The notes under the pieces were generated by a model. It was not told where the DNA came from. It searched no databases and saw only the letters and a list, made by a program, of their open reading frames with translations. From assembly GCA_036307905.1 (NCBI GenBank), contig JAXJWR010000239.1:1-25033 (forward strand): DNA of 25,033 nucleotides. Direction: 5' to 3'. Position 1 is the first letter of the stretch; each line of letters begins with the position of its first letter. Shown here piece after piece: positions 18,524 through 25,033 of the stretch. The translations under genes were made by a program, and so were the position numbers. This stretch comes from Acutalibacteraceae bacterium (GTDB taxonomy: Bacteria > Bacillota > Clostridia > Oscillospirales > Acutalibacteraceae).

Positions 18524-20332
18524 ATGGACAGACTTAAATCGCTTAAAGAACAGGCAAATAAATTGCCTCTTTCTCCCGGTGTTTATATTATGAAAAACAA
18601 GCGGGGAGAGGTAATATACGTTGGTAAGGCAAAAGCACTTAAAAATCGTGTTACACAGTATTTCGGAAGCCATGCTAATCATTCTGCTAAAGTAATTAAA
18701 ATGGTTGAGAATGTAGAAAACTTTGAAACCATTATTTGCGATTCTGAATACGAAGCGCTGATGCTTGAAAATTCACTGATAAAGCAATATCAACCGAAGT
18801 ATAATATTCTTCTTAAAGACGATAAAGGATACCATTATATCCGTATTTCAGATGATCGCTGGCCTAAAATTGAGGCAGTAAAAAGTAAAAATCGGGATAA
18901 GAGCGAATACTTAGGTCCGTATTATTCGGGATACGTAGTTAAAAACACTGTCGACGAGGCACTTAAGGTCTTTAAACTCCCTAACTGCAACAGAAGTTTT
19001 GATAAACCTACTAAGCCCTGTTTAAACTATCATATTGGCTTATGCTCAGCACCCTGTAAAGGCAATACTTCTCACAGCGATTATATTGAAACCGTTCGTG
19101 CTGCAAAGGAGTACATCATAAACGGCGGAGTTGCCGATTCGGAGTTGCAAAATCTTAAGGATAAGATGAATCGTGCGGCCGAAAATTTCGAATTTGAAGA
19201 CGCTGCAAGACTACGCGACAGAATAGCCGCAATCGAAAAGAGTAGAGAAAAGCAAAAGGTAATTGTATCAGGTCATAGCAGACAAGATGTTATTGCTTCG
19301 GTTATGTCGGGCGAACTGTCATGCGTTACGGTTATCATATATATTGGCGGACATTTATCCGATATTAAGCACTATTTTATAGATGGATTTAACAAGCAGG
19401 ACAGTTATGCCGAGTTTTTGCAAGTTTACTATGAATCCGCAGGCGATATTCCGCCCGAAATTGTTGTTGATTTCGATTTTACCGATAAGGAATTGATTGC
19501 TCGCTGGTTAAGCGATAAAAAGGGTCGTCAGGTAAAAATATCAGTACCACAAAAAGGTGTTCAAAAACAGCTTGTTCAGATGTGTACCTCTAATGCCGTG
19601 CAGGCTCTTTCCGATAAAATTGAGCGTAACGGCAGGGAAACGGCGGCACAAAACGAGCTTGCCGAACTGCTTGGTCTTAGCAAGGTTCCTAAACGTATTG
19701 AATCTTATGATATTTCTAATACGGCAGGAAGCGAAAACGTTGGCTCTATGGTCGTATTTATTGACGGACGTCCCATTAAGTCTTTGTACCGTAAATTTAA
19801 GATTAAAAGCTTTATCGGTCAGGATGATTTTAGGTCTCTTTGCGAGATTTTAGAGCGCCGTTTTGAAGAATTCAGAAGGGGAGAAGACGAAAGTTTTAAA
19901 GAACTACCCGATCTTATTCTTTTAGATGGCGGTAAAGGTCAGCTTTCAGCAGTAAGACCTGTTATTGATAAATTTGGGTTAGATATTGCTCTTTTTGGTA
20001 TGGTCAAAGACTCAAAACACAAAACCAGAGCAATAACAGCAGGTGGAGCTGATATACAAATCAAATCAAATCGCAAAGCGTACACTCTTGTTACTACCAT
20101 ACAAGACGAGGTTCACAGGGTTGCAATTTCTTACCATCGACAGAGAATGAAAAAGTCAACCCTTCAGCTTGAACTTGCAAAAATTAAAGGTGTAGGACCG
20201 GCAACGATTAAAAAACTTATGAAATCTTTTAAAAGTGTTAAAAGAGTATCCACCGCATCTTTTGAAGAGTTGATTTCAATTGGTGTTTCAGCAAAAACTG
20301 CGCAAAATATCGTGGATTTCTATAAAAAATAA
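18524..20332 (+). CDS. uvrC: Excinuclease ABC subunit C
   Basis: GIY-YIG domain (LPLSPGVYIM..VIYVGKAKALKNRV, PKYNILLKDDK), UVR domain (FEDAARLRD), RIESYDISN, PDLILLDGGKGQ, IQDEVHR, HhH IKGVG. Start placed at ATG 18524 after SD GGTGAT rather than 18479. Confidence 0.96.
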   Translation: MDRLKSLKEQANKLPLSPGVYIMKNKRGEVIYVGKAKALKNRVTQYFGSHANHSAKVIKMVENVENFETIICDSEYEALMLENSLIKQYQPKYNILLKDDKGYHYIRISDDRWPKIEAVKSKNRDKSEYLGPYYSGYVVKNTVDEALKVFKLPNCNRSFDKPTKPCLNYHIGLCSAPCKGNTSHSDYIETVRAAKEYIINGGVADSELQNLKDKMNRAAENFEFEDAARLRDRIAAIEKSREKQKVIVSGHSRQDVIASVMSGELSCVTVIIYIGGHLSDIKHYFIDGFNKQDSYAEFLQVYYESAGDIPPEIVVDFDFTDKELIARWLSDKKGRQVKISVPQKGVQKQLVQMCTSNAVQALSDKIERNGRETAAQNELAELLGLSKVPKRIESYDISNTAGSENVGSMVVFIDGRPIKSLYRKFKIKSFIGQDDFRSLCEILERRFEEFRRGEDESFKELPDLILLDGGKGQLSAVRPVIDKFGLDIALFGMVKDSKHKTRAITAGGADIQIKSNRKAYTLVTTIQDEVHRVAISYHRQRMKKSTLQLELAKIKGVGPATIKKLMKSFKSVKRVSTASFEELISIGVSAKTAQNIVDFYKK

Positions 20333-20358
20333 AAGACGCGTGCGTCTTTTATTTTTTT
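20324..20358. terminator. Bidirectional terminator between convergent uvrC and tmcAL
   Basis: AAAAAATAAAAGACG-CGTG-CGTCTTTTATTTTTTT. It overlaps both stop codons. Confidence 0.75.
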
Positions 20359-21527
20359 ATGATTCTTTGAGTTAGTTCATCGGTGTATTTTTCGTGGTTG
20401 TTAAGAGAAAGCTCGTACTGCAGGTTAAAACTGCATTCTGCATTGAATACGCGGATTGCAAATTCGTTTACGTCTCTTATTTGTGAAACTTTAGTAACAA
20501 GAGGTATTTCTCCAGCGTTACAAGAAAGATATTTTTCACCGTTTTTATTGAAACCAAGTACTCGAACATAGGGCGGTCTTTTTAAAAAGAAGCCACTATC
20601 AATTCCAAGAAATCCGCAGAGCAGAATTCTTCTGATTCTGGCAAGGGTGTACCTTTTTGATTTTATTTTTTCAAGTAATGAATCAACGCTGTGCGAAGAT
20701 CTGATGCTTTCGTAAATAAGTACATCAAGTCCTTCGCTTATATCCGGTAAATTTGAAATTTCATCAGCTGTTAGCTGCTTAAGTCGAGATATTATTGCAA
20801 CGTCAAGTTTTCGTATATCGGAAACAGGTGAGTTGTTTATAATTTTTAACACATCATCCGGAATATACCCTGCGAAGCTGTTATAATCGTTCATGAGCAT
20901 CGCTTCTCGTATCAACGTAGAACTGGAAAAGCAGTTAGTAGCTATTTTGTCGTTATGTCCTGCACCAATTCTCTTTACGGCCTTAAAAGTAATATCTACG
21001 TTAAGTTTATTGGCCGCAATTATATATTCGGTTGCAAGGGTATCGTTTGGTTTTTTTAATACATCACTTGCTGCTTCGCCAAGCATTTCATTGACCAAAT
21101 CGCTACGTATCTTTGAAAAGGTTTCACCACAGGATAATCTGCTCTTTAAAGCATCGTTAAAATCTTTTGATGAAATAAGATTTGCAACAGATTTAATTAG
21201 ATTTATATCTCCGCTTTCGCTTCCAAAATACAGCACTTCAATGCCCATAGCAGCTAACTGTGATATGCCGCCATATGCGAAGTTCTGAGCGGTGGACATT
21301 GACCAAGGAACGGGGAGCTCAACCACAATATCTGCACCAGCAATAAGAGCAGTTTCTGCTCGTTTAAATTTTGGTATGACAGCAGTGTCTCCGCGCTGAA
21401 CGAAGTTACCGGAAATTACTGTAACTACGTCATTTCCGTCACGTTTAGCGCAATCTATCAGATATTTATGACCGTTATGCAAAGGATTAAATTCGGCTAC
21501 AATACCGGCAAGCGGCAAAATTATCAC
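20349..21527 (-). CDS. tmcAL: tRNA(Met) cytidine acetate ligase (YlbM-type HIGH nucleotidyltransferase)
   Basis: GIVAEFNPLHNGH, SGNFVQRG, GADIVVELP, FGSE, PNDTLATEY, KRIGAGHND, KSKRYTLARIRR, YVRVLGF. Start is GTG 21527 or TTG 21518. Confidence 0.88.
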   Translation of the reverse strand: MIILPLAGIVAEFNPLHNGHKYLIDCAKRDGNDVVTVISGNFVQRGDTAVIPKFKRAETALIAGADIVVELPVPWSMSTAQNFAYGGISQLAAMGIEVLYFGSESGDINLIKSVANLISSKDFNDALKSRLSCGETFSKIRSDLVNEMLGEAASDVLKKPNDTLATEYIIAANKLNVDITFKAVKRIGAGHNDKIATNCFSSSTLIREAMLMNDYNSFAGYIPDDVLKIINNSPVSDIRKLDVAIISRLKQLTADEISNLPDISEGLDVLIYESIRSSHSVDSLLEKIKSKRYTLARIRRILLCGFLGIDSGFFLKRPPYVRVLGFNKNGEKYLSCNAGEIPLVTKVSQIRDVNEFAIRVFNAECSFNLQYELSLNNHEKYTDELTQRIIKK

Positions 21528-21544
21528 ATTCTTTCTAAAAAAAC

Positions 21545-21573
21545 TTGAAAAATTGTAAAATATAAAGTATTAT
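21545..21573 (+). promoter_or_regulatory. Possible sigma-A promoter for ackA-galK
   Basis: TTGAAA 21545-21550, 17 bp, TATTAT 21568-21573, in a very AT-rich spacer where chance matches are likely. Confidence 0.45.
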
Positions 21574-21653
21574 ATATTTTAGTGTATTTATTTTAACACA
21601 TTAAGCCTAATTACTCAACAATAAATTGTCTTTTGACGGAATGGAGAAGATTT

Positions 21654-22853
21654 ATGAAAATACTTGTAATCAACGCAGGAAGTTCTTCACTTAAGTATCA
21701 GCTTATTGATATGAATGGTGAGGTTCTTATCGCTAAGGGACTTTGCGACCGTATTGGTGTTCCCGAAAACAGTAATATTGAACACAAGGTTGGCGACAAA
21801 AAGTTTGCTGAAAAGGTTGCTATGCCCACTCATGTTGAAGCTTTTGAGGCCGTTATCAAAGCACTTACCACCGGCGACGGAAAGGTAATCGACGATATTA
21901 GCGAGATTGCCGCTATCGGACATCGTGTTGTACAAGGCGGTAGCCTTTATGCTGAATCTGTCCTTATCGACGACAAGGTTCTTTCCGATATTGAAGATCT
22001 TGGTGAGCTTGCTCCTCTCCACAACCCTGCTCATGCTCTCGCAATGCGTGCTTGCACAAAGGTTTTCGGAAAAGACGTACCTCAGGTTGCAACCTTTGAT
22101 ACTGCATTCCATCAGACAATGCCCGCAAAGGCCTTTATGTACGGCATTCCTTATGAATTCTATACCGACCATAAAATTCGTCGCTACGGCGCACACGGCA
22201 CCTCTCACAGGTTTGTAAGCGCTCGCTGTGCTGAGGTTATGGGCAAGGATCTTAAAGATATTAAGATGATTACCTGTCATCTTGGCAACGGATGCTCCAT
22301 TTCTGCTATTAAAGATGGTGTATGCGTTGACACTTCAATGGGTCTTACCCCTCTCGACGGATTTATGATGGGTACCCGTTCCGGCGGTGTTGATCCCTCG
22401 ATTCTTACCTATCTGATGAAAAAGTGCGATATTTCTCCCGATGAGATGAACACTATTCTCAATAAGAAATCAGGTCTTTTGGGTGTGTCGGGCATTTCTA
22501 ACGACAGCCGTGATGTAATTGCCGCTGCTGAAGCCGGCAACGAGCGTGCTAAGCTTGCCTTTGAAATGCAGAACTATCAAATTGCTAAATTTGTTGGTTC
22601 TTATGCTGCAGCAATGGGCGGTGTTGATGCTATTGTATTTACCGGTGGTATCGGTGAAAACGAGCGCCGTTCCAGAAAATATGTTTGCAATATGCTTGAA
22701 TTCTTAGGCTTTACACTTGACCTTGAAAATAACGATACCAGCGGAAAAGAAATTAAGATTTCTACCGAAGATTCTAAGGTTCAGGTTTGGGTTATTCCTA
22801 CCAATGAAGAGCTGCTTATTGCCCGTGATACTCTCGAAATAGTTTCTAAATAA
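21654..22853 (+). CDS. ackA: Acetate kinase
   Basis: MKILVINAGSSSLKYQL, GHRVVQGG, APLHNP, FDTAFHQT, RRYGAHGTSH, CHLGNG, TSMGLTPLDG..MGTRSG, FTGGIGEN, PTNEEL. ATG 21654 follows SD GGAG. Confidence 0.96.
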   Translation: MKILVINAGSSSLKYQLIDMNGEVLIAKGLCDRIGVPENSNIEHKVGDKKFAEKVAMPTHVEAFEAVIKALTTGDGKVIDDISEIAAIGHRVVQGGSLYAESVLIDDKVLSDIEDLGELAPLHNPAHALAMRACTKVFGKDVPQVATFDTAFHQTMPAKAFMYGIPYEFYTDHKIRRYGAHGTSHRFVSARCAEVMGKDLKDIKMITCHLGNGCSISAIKDGVCVDTSMGLTPLDGFMMGTRSGGVDPSILTYLMKKCDISPDEMNTILNKKSGLLGVSGISNDSRDVIAAAEAGNERAKLAFEMQNYQIAKFVGSYAAAMGGVDAIVFTGGIGENERRSRKYVCNMLEFLGFTLDLENNDTSGKEIKISTEDSKVQVWVIPTNEELLIARDTLEIVSK

Positions 22854-22866
22854 TGAGGTGCGATTT

Positions 22867-24141
22867 ATGAATATCGTAGAACTTAAAAAAGCCATTACCG
22901 ACGGTGCTCTTGATAAAGATTTTTCGATTCTTTATCAAGACGTAACCGCTGCCAGAGCAAGATATATTAAAGCTTGCGACGAATTTGTATCAATTTTCGG
23001 TGACAAGAATGAAGTTTTCCTTTATTCAGCTCCCGGCAGAACCGAGGTTGGCGGAAATCATACCGATCATCAGCACGGCCGCGTACTTGCTGGAAGCGTT
23101 GATTTGGACATTATCGGTGTCGTTGCAAAGAATAACGACGGCATTGTTCGTATCAAGTCAGAAGGTTTCCCCATGGATGAGGTATCACTTTCTGCTTTGG
23201 ATATTGACAAGTCTGAGTTTGGTCACGCATCTGCGCTTATTCGCGGAATGTGTGCAAACTTTAAGTTAAACGGCCACAACGTTAACGGTTTCGATGCTTA
23301 TACAACCAGCAGTGTTATGAAGGGTTCCGGCCTTTCTTCCTCGGCTGCTTTTGAGGTGTTTATAGGAACAGTTATGAATTATCTCTTTAATGACGGCCGT
23401 GTAGATGCTGTTGAAATTGCTAAAATTTCTCAAAAGGCTGAAAGTATCTATTTTGGTAAGCCTTGCGGACTTCTTGATCAGTCAGCCAGTGCGCTCGGCG
23501 GATTTACAGCGATCGATTTTAAAGATCCCACAAAGCCTGTTGTTGAAAAGGTTGATTTTGACCTTTCCTCCCATGGATATGTTCTTTGCGTTGTAAATAC
23601 AGGTGGTAATCACGCAAACCTTACTCAAGATTATGCAGATATTACCGTTGAATGTCGTGACGTCAGCAACTACTTTAATAAAGATTATCTTCGTGATGTT
23701 GACCAGGATGAGTTCTTCTCCAACATTGCCGGTGTAAAAGAGAAATGCGGTGATCGTGCCGTTCTGCGTGCTATTCATTTCTTTGCTGAGGATCAGCGAG
23801 CAGAGGACGAGAAGCAGGCCCTTAAAAACGGTAATTTTAGCGAATTCTTACGTCTTATCAACGAATCGGGTAATTCCTCATATAAGTATCTTCAGAACGT
23901 TTATTCGACTTCGGCTGTTAACGAGCAGGGCCTTTGCCTTGGTTTGGCTCTTACCGAAAAATTCCTGAAGGGCAGGGGAGCCTGCCGTGTACATGGTGGT
24001 GGATTTGCTGGTACCATTCAATGCTTTATTCCTTCCGAACTGATTGCTGACTATAAGGTTATGATTGAAAAAGTTTTCGGAGAGGGAAGCTGTTACATAC
24101 TTAAAATCAGACCTGTTGGTGGTTACGAAATTAAAGCATAA
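22867..24141 (+). CDS. Galactokinase-family (GHMP) sugar kinase
   Basis: SAPGRTEVGGNHTDH, ATP loop GSGLSSSAA, KPCGLLDQ, RVHGGGFAGT. ATG 22867 follows SD GAGGTG. Confidence 0.85.
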   Translation: MNIVELKKAITDGALDKDFSILYQDVTAARARYIKACDEFVSIFGDKNEVFLYSAPGRTEVGGNHTDHQHGRVLAGSVDLDIIGVVAKNNDGIVRIKSEGFPMDEVSLSALDIDKSEFGHASALIRGMCANFKLNGHNVNGFDAYTTSSVMKGSGLSSSAAFEVFIGTVMNYLFNDGRVDAVEIAKISQKAESIYFGKPCGLLDQSASALGGFTAIDFKDPTKPVVEKVDFDLSSHGYVLCVVNTGGNHANLTQDYADITVECRDVSNYFNKDYLRDVDQDEFFSNIAGVKEKCGDRAVLRAIHFFAEDQRAEDEKQALKNGNFSEFLRLINESGNSSYKYLQNVYSTSAVNEQGLCLGLALTEKFLKGRGACRVHGGGFAGTIQCFIPSELIADYKVMIEKVFGEGSCYILKIRPVGGYEIKA

Positions 24142-24145
24142 TCAC

Positions 24146-24181
24146 AAAGAACCCTTCAAAATAATGAAGGGTTCTTTCTTT
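24146..24181 (+). terminator. Intrinsic terminator after the GalK-family gene
   Basis: AAAGAACCCTTCA-AAATAA-TGAAGGGTTCTTT followed by CTTT. Confidence 0.82.
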
Positions 24182-24214
24182 GCCAAAAAATAACGATTTT
24201 TTGAGAAAATTATA

Positions 24215-24243
24215 TTGAATTTATAATAGTTATGTATTATAAT
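24215..24243 (+). promoter_or_regulatory. Putative sigma-A promoter for the decarboxylase operon
   Basis: TTGAAT 24215-24220, 17 bp, TATAAT 24238-24243. Confidence 0.6.
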
Positions 24244-24278
24244 AATAAAAGATTATGCACTAAGGATGTGTCTATATA

Positions 24279-24692
24279 ATGAAAGAACTAATACAGTCGA
24301 TGAGTACGTTTGAACTTGGATTTAACGTAACTATTACAGGTATTGTACTTGTTTTTGCGATGTTACTTCTTTTGGTTTTAGTTCTCATACTTTTTGGAAC
24401 TGTTAGTGTAGCTCTTCAAAAGGCTGCAGACAAAAAGAGGAATAAACACCGTGAAGAATTACTTAAAGCATTGACTGATGAGGAAGTTATCGATGATGAA
24501 CTTCCTGTCGCCGCAACCATAGAAAGTGATGAAGGCCTTTCCGACGAAGTAGTTGCCGTTATTTCTGCGGCTATTTCAACACTCTATGCTGGTTCAGGAA
24601 AAAAGCCTGTAATTAAGATGGTTAAGAAGTACGGTTCCAGACGTTCAGCTTGGGCTAACGCAGGTGTTGCAGACAACACTAGAGTTTTTTAA
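24279..24692 (+). CDS. OadG-family gamma/delta subunit of a Na+-translocating decarboxylase
   Basis: Single N-terminal TM helix (TGIVLVFAMLLLLVLVLILF), acidic linker, EVVAVISAAI motif, C-terminal SAW..AG. Directly upstream of a beta subunit. Confidence 0.82.
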   Translation: MKELIQSMSTFELGFNVTITGIVLVFAMLLLLVLVLILFGTVSVALQKAADKKRNKHREELLKALTDEEVIDDELPVAATIESDEGLSDEVVAVISAAISTLYAGSGKKPVIKMVKKYGSRRSAWANAGVADNTRVF

Positions 24693-24714
24693 CGAAAGGT
24701 AGGTATATTAAATA

Positions 24715-25033
24715 ATGGATGCTTTTTTACAAACTCTTATAGGCATACTTGAAGCTTCCGGTTTCTATGCCTTCTTTCAGGCTGATGGTTGGAAATACGC
24801 TGTTATGATAGCCGTTGCGTGCGGTCTTTTGTATCTGGCGATTGTTAAAAAATTCGAACCTCTCTTACTTTTACCCATTGCTTTTGGTATGCTGCTTGCT
24901 AACCTTCCGGGTGCAGGGGTTTACCATCCCGAACTTTGGGTTGTTACCGAACACGGCATTGACTTTGGCGCCGTTTTACACGATGGCGGTGTTTTGGACA
25001 TACTTTACATGGGCGTTAAACTTGGCATATATC
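24715..25033 (+). CDS. Na+-translocating decarboxylase beta subunit (OadB/MmdB/GcdB family), 3'-truncated by the window edge
   Basis: Not in the ORF track. Hand translation from ATG 24715 gives MDAFLQTLIG...VMIAVACGLLYLAIVKKFEPLLLLPIAFGMLLANLP...GVKLGIY, open to the end. FEPLLLLPIAFG is the family hallmark. Confidence 0.92.
   Translation, partial: MDAFLQTLIGILEASGFYAFFQADGWKYAVMIAVACGLLYLAIVKKFEPLLLLPIAFGMLLANLPGAGVYHPELWVVTEHGIDFGAVLHDGGVLDILYMGVKLGIY

Noticed and set aside
21582..21600. GTGT-N10-ACAC dyad upstream of ackA as a Rex operator
   Set aside because: Only the right half resembles TTGTTAA-N4-TTAACAA. The left half is poor and the region is extremely AT-rich.
21687..22280. 197-aa ORF antisense to ackA, and similar shadow ORFs opposite smc, leuS, gltA and aconitase
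   Set aside because: Shadow frames of conserved genes, with no independent promoter, SD or domain evidence.

Overview
Core chromosomal housekeeping region of a low-GC Gram-positive anaerobe, most likely Clostridia (inferred from gene content, synteny and sigma-A promoters). 1-13101 is a tightly packed co-directional run of 12 genes: trmFO (5'-truncated), plsX, rnc, a radical SAM gene, smc, ftsY, rdgB, yhbY, nadD, yqeK, rsfS, leuS. Then come a perfect 38-bp palindrome, a tRNA-Lys(UUU) with its own promoter and terminator, and a citrate synthase gene converging on an aconitase-isocitrate dehydrogenase operon (oxidative TCA branch to 2-oxoglutarate). Next are a small membrane-anchored Ada-like zinc-domain gene divergent from uvrC, tmcAL divergent from ackA plus a GalK-family kinase, and the start of a Na+-translocating decarboxylase operon (gamma/delta subunit, then a 3'-truncated beta subunit). 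I see no mobile element, CRISPR array, prophage or defence system, and no clearly new multi-gene system. The best leads are modest: the uncharacterised radical SAM enzyme with a KH-like tail, the GalK-like kinase with an altered sugar-binding motif, the Ada-like protein and its promoter, and two inverted-repeat structures near the tRNA. All calls come from motif recognition by eye, with no database searches.
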